Positions 25,890 through 35,046 of a stretch of 64,000 nt of DNA are shown here, piece by piece. The stretch lies in NCBI GenBank assembly GCA_947458275.1, contig CANGYR010000012.1:1372-65371 (forward strand), read 5' to 3'. Position 1 is the first letter of the stretch. Each line of letters opens with the position of its first letter. Made by a program: the position numbers and the translations under genes. This stretch comes from Chitinophagaceae bacterium (GTDB lineage: Bacteria; Bacteroidota; Bacteroidia; Chitinophagales; Chitinophagaceae). The notes beneath the pieces were generated by a model, which was not told the DNA's origin, did not search any database, and saw only the letters and a list, made by a program, of their open reading frames with translations.

Positions 25890-27020
25890 ATGGTTTTATT
25901 GAGTGGCCCGAATATGGGCGGAAATATTTGGAAGTACGTTAAAGATTGTTTGGATACCGGTTGGGTGAGCAGCGTTGGGGCTTATGTTGATCAGTTTGAG
26001 AAAATGACTGCGGAGTTTGCCGGAACCAAATATGCAGTTGCCACCAGCAGCGGAACTACCGCTTTACATATTGCTTTATTACTCGCCGGAGTGGATCGGA
26101 ATGATTATGTGATCACTCCCAACATAACCTTTGTTGCCACTTGTAATTCAATCCGATATACAGGTGCTGATCCTCTGCTGATTGATGCCGAAGAATTTAC
26201 CTGGCAGATGGATTTGGATTTATTGGAAGCGTTTTTAATCAATGAAACTGAACAGAAAAATGGCGCTTGCTATCTTAAAAAGAATGGCAGAAGAATTCCC
26301 GTTATTATGCCGGTACATGTGCTGGGAAATATCTGCGATATGGATCGCCTAATTAAACTGGCACAGCAACACAATCTGATTGTAATTGAAGACAGTACCG
26401 AAGCTTTGGGAAGTTATTATAAAGGAAAACATGCCGGTAGTTTTGGACTAATGGGTACATTCAGCTATAATGGAAATAAAATAATCACCACTGGTGGTGG
26501 TGGTATGATTGTAACGGATGATGAGCAACTTGCTAAAAAAGCCAAACATCTCACTACCCAGGCGAAAAGTGATTCCTTTGAGTACATACATGATGAAATC
26601 GGCTACAATTACAGATTGGTAAATGTGGCTGCAGCAATGGGAGTGGCACAGATGGAACAACTGCCTGAATTTATTGAGAGAAAAAAAGAAATCATTTCAT
26701 ATTATAAGAACGAGCTCTCAGGCGTTGGCGATATCAGTTTTCAGGATGTGAAGCCGGAAGTAAATCCCAACTGGTGGATGCCTACATTAAAAACGAATCA
26801 CCAAAGAGAAATCCTCAAAGCCCTGAATGATAATAAAATGCAAAGCCGCCCGTTTTGGGTGCCAATGAATCAGTTGAGGATGTTTAAAGATGATTTGTAT
26901 TATCATACAAACGACCGCTCGGATTATATTTACAAGCACTGTCTCAGCATCCCCTGCAGTACTAATATTACCGATGATCAATTAAAGGGTGTAGTGGAAA
27001 AAATCAAATCGGCGTTTTAA
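25890..27020 (+). CDS. DegT/DnrJ/EryC1/StrS-family PLP-dependent sugar aminotransferase
   Basis: 376 aa. WVSSVGAYVDQFE, GTTALHIALL, and FSYNGNKIITTGGGGMIVT (PLP-lysine region) are typical of the family. Confidence 0.88.
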   Translation: MVLLSGPNMGGNIWKYVKDCLDTGWVSSVGAYVDQFEKMTAEFAGTKYAVATSSGTTALHIALLLAGVDRNDYVITPNITFVATCNSIRYTGADPLLIDAEEFTWQMDLDLLEAFLINETEQKNGACYLKKNGRRIPVIMPVHVLGNICDMDRLIKLAQQHNLIVIEDSTEALGSYYKGKHAGSFGLMGTFSYNGNKIITTGGGGMIVTDDEQLAKKAKHLTTQAKSDSFEYIHDEIGYNYRLVNVAAAMGVAQMEQLPEFIERKKEIISYYKNELSGVGDISFQDVKPEVNPNWWMPTLKTNHQREILKALNDNKMQSRPFWVPMNQLRMFKDDLYYHTNDRSDYIYKHCLSIPCSTNITDDQLKGVVEKIKSAF

Positions 27021-27204
27021 TGCCCAATTATAACTGCTGATTAAAAGATTTCTCAGTCAAAACATATAATAATCCATTAAATTGCAGTTCGTGTGTTAAT
27101 TTAGCCTTTTTATTTTTATCACATGCGTAGCTTTTAGTATCATTCCTTTTTGGAAATGATTTTAATTTCAACGGCTATTTTTTATATCCAGAAGCGGGTT
27201 TCTT

Positions 27205-27870
27205 ATGTACCGAATTGTAAAAAGAATATTTGATTTGTTCATTTCTTTACTGGCCTTGATTGTTCTGTCTCCAATATTGATAATCTCCATTATATTCCTA
27301 GCGCTTACAGGGGAGAGGGAAATTTTTTATTTGCAAAAAAGAGTTGGGTATAAAAGCAAGCCGTTTTTTATCTGGAAATTTGCCACCATGCTTAAGAATA
27401 GTCCTAATATTGGCACCGGAGAAATCACTTTGCGCAAGGACCCCAGAGTAACAAACGTAGGGATGATTTTAAGAAAGACCAAAATCAATGAATTGCCACA
27501 GATTATTAATGTGCTAAAGGGTGAAATGAGTATCGTTGGGCCAAGGCCACTCATGGAGGTAAGTTATAACTTGTATGAGCCCGAAATCGGACAAAAGATT
27601 TATACATCTTCACCGGGCATCACCGGTATAAGTTCCCTTATTTTCAGAGATGAAGAAAAAATTGTCTCTCAATCTGCCAATCCGAGAGAAGTATACGTTA
27701 AAATTTTTCCTTATAAAGCTAGCCTAGAGCTTTGGTACAAGGAAAATGCTTCTTTATATGTTGATTGTATGATCATTTTTCTCACCGCATATTCGCTGTT
27801 CTTCCCCGGAAATACAATGGTGTACAAATTATTTAAAACATTGCCTCAACGCCCTGATTTTTTTGCTTAG
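27205..27870 (+). CDS. Initiating undecaprenyl-phosphate sugar-phosphate transferase (small PglC/WcfS-type bacterial sugar transferase)
   Basis: 221 aa. KRIFDLFISLLALIVLSPIL...KFATM...DPRVT..G..LRKT.INELPQ..NVLKGEMS.VGPRP. Confidence 0.88.
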   Translation: MYRIVKRIFDLFISLLALIVLSPILIISIIFLALTGEREIFYLQKRVGYKSKPFFIWKFATMLKNSPNIGTGEITLRKDPRVTNVGMILRKTKINELPQIINVLKGEMSIVGPRPLMEVSYNLYEPEIGQKIYTSSPGITGISSLIFRDEEKIVSQSANPREVYVKIFPYKASLELWYKENASLYVDCMIIFLTAYSLFFPGNTMVYKLFKTLPQRPDFFA

Positions 27871-27938
27871 CAGTCACTATTTCTCAAAGTGCTAAACAAT
27901 TTCCATTCTTTCTTGTAATAGTAGTATATCAGCTCAAG

Positions 27939-28817
27939 ATGAACTCATTTACTATCAAAGACCTCGAGAATCTGTCAGGAATCAAGGCCCATACTTTGCG
28001 TATTTGGGAACATCGGTATAATTTCCTTAAGCCAAGCAGGTCATTTACCAATATTCGTTATTACTCCAACGAAGAGCTGAAAAAAATCCTGAACATATCA
28101 CTGCTTAACAAATATGGTTTCAAAGTTTCTCATATTGACAAAATGAGTGAGGATGAAATCGGCAAGAAAATTCTATCTCTTACTCAAGCGGAAGCCCAGC
28201 AGGAGCGGATTATCAATGAGCTTATCAAGCAGATGATTGAGTTGGATATCGTTGGTTTTGAAAGAACAATCTCAAGCCACATAGCAACAAAAGGGATAGA
28301 GAAAACGATTACTCAGATTATTTTCAGCTATCTGGAAAAAATAGGGGTGCTTTGGCAGACCAATCACATTAATCCTGCGCAGGAACACCTGGTTTCCAAT
28401 ATTATCAGACAGAAACTTATTCTGGGAATAGAAGGGGTACAGACGCCTCTTAAAGTGAATAAATCCATACTTCTTTTTTTACCCGAAGCTGAATACCATG
28501 AGCTGGGAATTTTGTTTATGTATTATTTATTGAAAAGCAGGGGTGTAGATGTAATATACTTGGGGTCAAACGCACCTTTGTCAGACGTTGCCTATGTAGT
28601 TAAGGTAAAAAAGCCCGATTATGTTTATACCCATATAACGCGTCCTGCCAGCAATTTCAATTTTGATAAGTTTCTTTCCAATGTCAATAAAAGCTTCAAC
28701 GATATTCCATTCATTATATCGGGACTCCTCACCCAGACATACGAAAAAAAGATCCAGCCCCCTGTTACATTTAAAAAGTCCTTTTCAGAAGTAATGAAGT
28801 TTATTTCTGATATGTAG
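27939..28817 (+). CDS. MerR-family regulator with a C-terminal B12-binding domain (CarH/LitR-like photoregulator candidate)
   Basis: N-terminal MerR HTH (FTIKDLENLSGIKAHTLRIWEHRY). The C-terminal Rossmann-like module carries E-Y-H-E-L-G (E/DxHxxG cobalamin lower-ligand motif). Confidence 0.72.
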   Translation: MNSFTIKDLENLSGIKAHTLRIWEHRYNFLKPSRSFTNIRYYSNEELKKILNISLLNKYGFKVSHIDKMSEDEIGKKILSLTQAEAQQERIINELIKQMIELDIVGFERTISSHIATKGIEKTITQIIFSYLEKIGVLWQTNHINPAQEHLVSNIIRQKLILGIEGVQTPLKVNKSILLFLPEAEYHELGILFMYYLLKSRGVDVIYLGSNAPLSDVAYVVKVKKPDYVYTHITRPASNFNFDKFLSNVNKSFNDIPFIISGLLTQTYEKKIQPPVTFKKSFSEVMKFISDM

Positions 28818-28906
28818 AATCTTTTTTTAAAAAAATTAAACAAATTTTATTGCATTCAGACTTGTTTTGTTTAACTTTATGCCCTATAAAGATAAACAAC
28901 AAACGT

Positions 28907-29407
28907 ATGAATACGCCTGAATTCGACCAACTCGTAATTAACAACGTAGATTTTCTGAAACCGTTTGCTTTCACCTTAACGCGTGACAATGAAACAGCTA
29001 AAGATCTTACACAGGAAACTATTTTCAAGGCGCTGGCCAACAGAGAAAAATATCATGTAGGTACCAACATCAAGGCATGGATGTACACTATCATGCGCAA
29101 TATTTTTATAAATAACTACAGAAGAAAATCCAGACAAAATGTAATTTTCGATAACACGCCCAACGATTTTCTGCTTGATCATAATCAATCGGCTGTTTCC
29201 AATGCTGCAGAAACAAATCTTAATCTGAAAGAAATTCAAACGGCTATTCATAATCTTCCCGATATCTTTAAACATCCATTCATCCTTTATTTCGAAGGGT
29301 ACAAATACAACGAAATTGCTGAGTATTTAAAAGAGCCGCTAGGCACTATCAAAAGTCGCATTCACTTTGCCCGTAAATTATTAAAAGAAGAACTCTCCAG
29401 ATATTAA
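28907..29407 (+). CDS. ECF-type RNA polymerase sigma-70 factor
   Basis: Start moved to the internal ATG (MNTPEFDQL...). Region 2 (DLTQETIFKAL...AWMYTIMRNIFINNYRR) and region 4 (YNEIAEYLKEPLGTIKSRIHFARKLL). No anti-sigma gene adjacent. Confidence 0.85.
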   Translation: MNTPEFDQLVINNVDFLKPFAFTLTRDNETAKDLTQETIFKALANREKYHVGTNIKAWMYTIMRNIFINNYRRKSRQNVIFDNTPNDFLLDHNQSAVSNAAETNLNLKEIQTAIHNLPDIFKHPFILYFEGYKYNEIAEYLKEPLGTIKSRIHFARKLLKEELSRY

Positions 29408-29442
29408 TACAGCGTTTATTTAAATCTGATTATCTTACACCG

Positions 29443-30936
29443 GTGAAAAAAGCAATTGTAATTGGCAGTGGCTTTGCAGGTATGTCTGCAGCAACTTTTC
29501 TGGCAAAAGAAGGATGGGAGGTAGATGTTTTGGAAAAGCATGCTGTTCCGGGTGGCAGAGCGAGAGTATTTAAAGAAAAGGGTTTTACTTTCGACATGGG
29601 CCCAAGCTGGTATTGGATGCCCGATGTATTTGATCGCTACTTTGAATGTTTTGGAAAAAAAGTTTCCGATTATTATCGATTAATCAGACTTGATCCTTCC
29701 TATCGTGTGTACTATAACGACGGCCCGATGGATGTGCCTGCGGACTATGAGGCATTAAAAAAACTTTTTGAAAGCATAGAGCCGGGAAGCAGCATTAAAC
29801 TCGATGCTTTTTTAAAAGAAGCAGCTTACAAGTATCAGGTGGGCATTCACAAACTTGTTCATAAGCCGGGAAGAAGTGTTACAGAATTTCTTGACATGGA
29901 TCTGGCAAAAGGGTTGTTCAGACTGGATGTATTTACCTCCATGAAATCGCATGTACGTAAATATTTTTCTAATCCCCGGCTGGTTCAACTGATGGAATTT
30001 CCGGTTCTTTTTTTAGGGGCCTTGCCTTCTGAAATTCCTGCGCTGTATAGTCTAATGAATTATGCCGATATTAAATTGGGTACCTGGTATCCACACGGCG
30101 GCATGTTCAATATTGCCGATGCGATGTATAAACTTGCTACAGAACTGGGAGTGAAATTTCATTTCAACTGCGATGCTGAGAAGCTGATTCCGCACAATAA
30201 AAAAATAAAAAAAATTATCGCAACAGAAACTTTGGACGGCAAACAAATCAAAAAAGAATTTGAAGCAGATGTTTTTGTAGGCGGAGCGGATTATCATTTT
30301 ATCGAAACACAATTATTACCGGAAAGCCATCAATCTTACTCAGCCGAATACTGGGACAAGCGAGTTATGGCGCCCTCCTGTTTGTTGTATTATGTAGGGC
30401 TGAATAAAAAATTAACCGGCATCACGCATCATTCTTTGTTTTTTGATGTCGACTTTGATTTGCACGGCAAGGAGATTTATTCAAACCCGCAATGGCCTAC
30501 AGAGCCATTGTTTTATGTCAGCGCGCCTTCACAAACTGATAACACGGTAGCGCCAGAAGGCTGTGAAAATCTTTTCTTTCTGATTCCTGTTGCGGCGGGA
30601 TTGAATGACGATAATCATGAGCTCAGAGAGCAATATTTTCGTAAAATTGTTGACCGGTATGAGAAAATCACAGGTAATTATATCTCAGAATCCATTATCT
30701 TTAAAAAGTCATATGCGGTTGCTGATTTTAAGAGAGATTACAATGCTTTCAAGGGAAATGCTTACGGGTTGGCCAATACACTCTGGCAGACGTCCATACT
30801 CAAACCTTCGTTGAAAAGTAAAAAAGCAGACAATCTCTATTATACCGGTCAGCTAACTGTACCCGGACCCGGGGTTCCTCCGTCTTTAATCAGCGGAGAA
30901 GTGGTGTCAAAAGAAATTATAAAGGCCTTTAAATAA
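29443..30936 (+). CDS. crtI: Phytoene desaturase
   Basis: GTG start. KKAIVIGSGFAGMSAA FAD fold, CrtI-type length (497 aa), and C-terminal YYTGQLTVPGPGVPPSLISG motif. Confidence 0.9.
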   Translation: MKKAIVIGSGFAGMSAATFLAKEGWEVDVLEKHAVPGGRARVFKEKGFTFDMGPSWYWMPDVFDRYFECFGKKVSDYYRLIRLDPSYRVYYNDGPMDVPADYEALKKLFESIEPGSSIKLDAFLKEAAYKYQVGIHKLVHKPGRSVTEFLDMDLAKGLFRLDVFTSMKSHVRKYFSNPRLVQLMEFPVLFLGALPSEIPALYSLMNYADIKLGTWYPHGGMFNIADAMYKLATELGVKFHFNCDAEKLIPHNKKIKKIIATETLDGKQIKKEFEADVFVGGADYHFIETQLLPESHQSYSAEYWDKRVMAPSCLLYYVGLNKKLTGITHHSLFFDVDFDLHGKEIYSNPQWPTEPLFYVSAPSQTDNTVAPEGCENLFFLIPVAAGLNDDNHELREQYFRKIVDRYEKITGNYISESIIFKKSYAVADFKRDYNAFKGNAYGLANTLWQTSILKPSLKSKKADNLYYTGQLTVPGPGVPPSLISGEVVSKEIIKAFK

Positions 30937-30943
30937 CATCAGT

Positions 30944-31780
30944 ATGATGCAACTTTTTCATAGCGTAAGTACGGAGTGCAGTAAAATCACTACCCAACAA
31001 TACAGCACTTCATTCAGTACCGCTATTCGTTTGCTGCACAAGGATTTGCGTACTCCTATTTATCATATTTATGGCTTTGTTCGTTTTGCAGATGAAATTG
31101 TAGATACCTTCCACGACTATGACAAATCAACTTTGCTGGATGAATTCATCAAAGAAACCTACCTCTCCTTTGAAAGAGGCATCAGCATGAACCCTATTCT
31201 AAATAGTTTTCAGGCCGTAGTAAATAAATACAACATAGACACAGAACTTGTTGATGCTTTTTTCGCGAGCATGAAATCTGATCTGAGTAAAAACACATAC
31301 GATGACAAAGGGTATCGTGATTATATATACGGAAGTGCTGAGGTGGTTGGACTGATGTGTCTCTATGTTTTCTGCGAAGGAGACAGGAAAATGTATGAGG
31401 AGCTGAAACCTTATGCACAAGCATTGGGTGCTGCATTTCAGAAAGTGAATTTTCTTCGTGATGTAAAAGCCGATTCTGAAAATCTTAAAAGAGTGTATTT
31501 TCCGGGAGTAGATTTCACGAATTTTACTTATTCCTCTAAACTTCAAATAGAAGAAGACATACAGAAAGATTTTACCAAAGCATATGAAGGCATTTTAAAA
31601 CTTCCTGTAAAGGCCAGGTTTGGTGTTTACGTCGCTTACAAATATTATTTGTCTTTATTCAAAAAAATAAAACGCGCCCAGCCCGCTATTTTACTGGAAG
31701 ACAGAATAAGGATACCTAATTATTCGAAAGCTTTTATTGTGATGCGTGCCGGCTTGCGCAGCCAACTGAATATTTTATAA
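30944..31780 (+). CDS. crtB: Phytoene synthase
   Basis: SFSTAIRLL......IY.IYGFVRFADEIVD (first Asp-rich box) and the second box region YIYGSAEVVG are consistent with the squalene/phytoene synthase family. Confidence 0.9.
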   Translation: MMQLFHSVSTECSKITTQQYSTSFSTAIRLLHKDLRTPIYHIYGFVRFADEIVDTFHDYDKSTLLDEFIKETYLSFERGISMNPILNSFQAVVNKYNIDTELVDAFFASMKSDLSKNTYDDKGYRDYIYGSAEVVGLMCLYVFCEGDRKMYEELKPYAQALGAAFQKVNFLRDVKADSENLKRVYFPGVDFTNFTYSSKLQIEEDIQKDFTKAYEGILKLPVKARFGVYVAYKYYLSLFKKIKRAQPAILLEDRIRIPNYSKAFIVMRAGLRSQLNIL

Positions 31781-31795
31781 AATAAATCTTATCCT

Positions 31796-32320
31796 TTGCA
31801 TACAGAAGTTATACTGGTAAATGAAAATGATGAAGCACTGGGCTCCATGGAAAAAATGGAAGCACATCAAAAGGGATTGCTGCACCGGGCTTTCAGCATT
31901 TTCATTTTCAATAAAAAAGGAGAGCTGTTGCTGCAACAAAGGGCATCGGGAAAATATCACAGTGCAGAACTTTGGACAAATACCTGTTGCAGCCATCCTG
32001 CTCCCGGTGAAGATATTCTGACCGCCGCACACAGAAGACTGAAAGAAGAGATGGGCTTTGACACAGAACTTGATTTTGCCTTTAACTTTATTTATAAAAC
32101 TGATTTTGACAATGGGTTGATAGAGCATGAGCTCGACCATGTTTTCATCGGAAACTATGAGGGAGCTATTGTGCCTAATAAAGAGGAGGTCAAAGATTAC
32201 TGTTTTATGAAAATACCATCCATTCTGGAAAGCATGCAGCAGCGACCAATGAAATATACTTCTTGGTTTAAAATTGCACTGCCCAAACTTGCCACTGAAC
32301 TCGCCTTAACTCAAGCTTAA
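31796..32320 (+). CDS. idi: Isopentenyl-diphosphate delta-isomerase, type 1 (Nudix)
   Basis: TTG start. VILVNENDEALGSMEKMEAHQKGLLHRAFSIFIFN..GELLLQQRA..K..SAELWTNTCCSHP is canonical IDI-1. Confidence 0.85.
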   Translation: MHTEVILVNENDEALGSMEKMEAHQKGLLHRAFSIFIFNKKGELLLQQRASGKYHSAELWTNTCCSHPAPGEDILTAAHRRLKEEMGFDTELDFAFNFIYKTDFDNGLIEHELDHVFIGNYEGAIVPNKEEVKDYCFMKIPSILESMQQRPMKYTSWFKIALPKLATELALTQA

Positions 32321-33816
32321 TGAGTCTTACAAAAAAGCAGCCCAAAGCAATTGTTATCGGAGCCGGGGTAGCCGGATTGTCTGTTGCTACCAGACTTGCA
32401 GTGCAGGGTTATCTTGTAGAAGTTCATGAGGCAAATGATTATCCCGGAGGTAAATTAACCAAATTTGAAAAAAACGGCTATCAATTTGATGCCGGTCCTT
32501 CTCTTTTTACGCAGCCACAAAATGTTGAAGAGCTTTTTCTGTATGCCGGAGAAAAAACAAGAGATTTTTTTTCCTATGAAAAAGTGCCTGTTGCCTGCAA
32601 TTATTTTTTTGAAAATAAAAAAAACATAACCGCCTATACCGACAAGGATCAATTTGCAGATGAACTTCATGAAAAACTGGGAGAAGACAAATCGACTATC
32701 CATTGTTACTTGAGTGAATCAGAAAAATTGTATGAAGATGTAGGAAAAATATTTCTCAATCACTCATTGCATAAAGCCGGCACATGGTTGCATCGCAGAG
32801 TGTTGAAAGCGCTTAAAACGGTAAGGTGGTCGTATTTGAACGGAACGTTACACAGCCATAATAAAAATAGTTTCACTGCTCCTGAAACTGTACAGATATT
32901 TAACCGGTTTGCCACTTACAACGGCAGCAATCCATACAAAGCTCCGGGGATGCTGAGTTTGATTCCGCATCTGGAGCAAAATGAGGGTACTTTTTATCCG
33001 CATGGCGGCATGATCAGTATTACCAATGCATTGTATAACCTGGCCCTGAAGAAGGGAGTGGTGTTTCATTTTGGCAGCAAGGTAGAAAAGATTGAGTATG
33101 ACAGTAGGGAAGTTAAAGGCATAAAGGCGGGCGGTCGTTTTATCGAAGCCGAGGTGGTAGTAAGCAATGCCGATATTTATTTTACTTATAAAAACTTACT
33201 CGGTCAGCCACAAAAAGCTCAAAAGCTTTTAAAGCAGGAGAGAAGCAGCAGCGCTATGATTTTTTATTGGGGCATAGGTACATCTTTTAAGCAGTTAGGT
33301 CTGCACAATATTTTATTCAGCAAAAATTATCAGGAAGAGTTTGAGTGTCTGTTTAATAAAAAAACAATGTCATCTGACCCTACTGTATATATCAACATCA
33401 CCGGAAAAATCGACAAGTCGCATGCTCCTCAGGAAAAAGAGAACTGGTTTGTGATGGTGAATGCTCCGGCTAATTACGGACAAGACTGGAATTCGTTTGT
33501 ACAAGCTACAAGAGAAGCTACAATAAAAAAAATCAATCGCATACTTGATACAGATATTACGGAGCTGATAGAAGCAGAGGAAATATTGGATCCTGTTGGT
33601 ATTGAAAATAAAACAGGAAGTTTTATGGGCTCTTTGTATGGCACAAGCTCCAATTCTAAACTGGCGGCATTTCTTCGTCAGGCAAATTTTTCTTCTTCGC
33701 TGAAAGGGCTTTATTTTTGCGGAGGCACGGTGCATCCCGGCGGAGGCATTCCGCTTTGCATGAAAAGTGCTTACATAACTGCTGAGTTGATAAAAAATGA
33801 TTACAACATTGATTAA
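32320..33816 (+). CDS. Second CrtI-family FAD desaturase, probable CrtD-type carotenoid 3',4'-desaturase
   Basis: 498 aa. AIVIGAGVAGLSVA FAD fold and C-terminal LYFCGGTVHPGGGIPLCMKS. A paralog of crtI in the same operon. 1-nt stop/start overlap with idi. Confidence 0.65.
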   Translation: MSLTKKQPKAIVIGAGVAGLSVATRLAVQGYLVEVHEANDYPGGKLTKFEKNGYQFDAGPSLFTQPQNVEELFLYAGEKTRDFFSYEKVPVACNYFFENKKNITAYTDKDQFADELHEKLGEDKSTIHCYLSESEKLYEDVGKIFLNHSLHKAGTWLHRRVLKALKTVRWSYLNGTLHSHNKNSFTAPETVQIFNRFATYNGSNPYKAPGMLSLIPHLEQNEGTFYPHGGMISITNALYNLALKKGVVFHFGSKVEKIEYDSREVKGIKAGGRFIEAEVVVSNADIYFTYKNLLGQPQKAQKLLKQERSSSAMIFYWGIGTSFKQLGLHNILFSKNYQEEFECLFNKKTMSSDPTVYINITGKIDKSHAPQEKENWFVMVNAPANYGQDWNSFVQATREATIKKINRILDTDITELIEAEEILDPVGIENKTGSFMGSLYGTSSNSKLAAFLRQANFSSSLKGLYFCGGTVHPGGGIPLCMKSAYITAELIKNDYNID

Positions 33817-33834
33817 ACTTTCAAAATAAACCCA

Positions 33835-34551
33835 TTGTCTTTGCATAATCAACCATTTTTTTCTTTTTTTGGGTTATCAAAAATTCAAACAGCTACTTTT
33901 ATTGCCTTGCTGTTTCATATAATTGGATTTGTAGGTATTATGTTCTTTAACAACCCGTTTTTTGTTAAAACCACCTCCATCAATTTGTTGTTGATGTTTA
34001 TACTTTTATTATATACCCAAACTGATAAAAACAAATCCTTTTATATTTTAATTGCTATCTGCTTTATTGTTGGTATTGTCGTTGAGCTAATCGGCACCAA
34101 AACCGGATTGTTATTTGGCAATTATTCTTATGGAAATGTTTTAGGGCCATCTGTTTCAGGAGTTCCTTTGATAATAGGCGTCAATTGGTTTATAGTAATT
34201 TTTTGTTGTGGCATAACAATGACTACTTTATTGAATAAGCTTTCGAGTAGGTTAATCTCTGCTGAACTGTCTGATTCTCCCAAAATAAAGGTTGCATCTC
34301 TCGTATTTGACGGTGCATCTCTGGCAGTGTTTTTTGACTGGCTGATGGAGCCGGTTGCCGTTAAATTGGGGTATTGGAAATGGGCTGGAAACGGGGAGAT
34401 ACCTTTATATAACTATGTTTGCTGGTTTGCCGTAAGTATTGGACTGTTATTCTTGTTTAATCGCCTGAGATTTGACAAGCGAAACAAATTCGCAGTACAT
34501 TTGTTACTTATTCAGGTGATGTTTTTTTTACTTTTAAGAACATTTTTATGA
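33835..34551 (+). CDS. Integral-membrane carotenoid biosynthesis protein (DUF422/CruF-like, candidate carotenoid 1',2'-hydratase)
   Basis: 238 aa, about 7 TM segments, located between crtD-like and crtZ. The TTG start is uncertain. Confidence 0.55.
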   Translation: MSLHNQPFFSFFGLSKIQTATFIALLFHIIGFVGIMFFNNPFFVKTTSINLLLMFILLLYTQTDKNKSFYILIAICFIVGIVVELIGTKTGLLFGNYSYGNVLGPSVSGVPLIIGVNWFIVIFCCGITMTTLLNKLSSRLISAELSDSPKIKVASLVFDGASLAVFFDWLMEPVAVKLGYWKWAGNGEIPLYNYVCWFAVSIGLLFLFNRLRFDKRNKFAVHLLLIQVMFFLLLRTFL

Positions 34552-35027
34552 GCTGGTTCATTTTTGCCGGTATTACTTTACTCACTTTCTTCATTATGGA
34601 AGGAATAACATGGCTTACGCATCGGTATGTCATGCATGGGTTTTTATGGGTATTGCATGAAGACCACCATCGTCCGGGACCTGGATTTTTTGAAAAAAAT
34701 GATGCATTCTTTTTAATTTTTGCCATTCCCAGCTGGCTATGTATCATGTTGGGATTGCAACACCAGTATTATTGGGTAGCCGCAATAGGTTTTGGCATTG
34801 CATTATACGGGTTTGCTTATTTTGTAGTGCACGAAGTCATCATTCATCAGAGATTTAAATGGTTTACCAAATCTGACAATACCTATATAAGAACCATTCG
34901 TTGGGCGCATAAAATGCATCACAAACATCTCGGAAAAGAAGATGGAGAGAGTTTCGGGATGTTGTTTGTTGCTAAAAAATATTTCAATAAAGTCAGAGAA
35001 GATAAAAGAATACAATCCGGTAAATAG
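34548..35027 (+). CDS. crtZ: Beta-carotene 3-hydroxylase
   Basis: 159 aa. His boxes HRYVMH, HEDHH, HEVIIH, HKMHH are typical of CrtZ. 4-bp overlap with the upstream gene. Confidence 0.85.
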   Translation: MSWFIFAGITLLTFFIMEGITWLTHRYVMHGFLWVLHEDHHRPGPGFFEKNDAFFLIFAIPSWLCIMLGLQHQYYWVAAIGFGIALYGFAYFVVHEVIIHQRFKWFTKSDNTYIRTIRWAHKMHHKHLGKEDGESFGMLFVAKKYFNKVREDKRIQSGK

Positions 35028-35046
35028 TTAATCAACTTCCTTTTAT

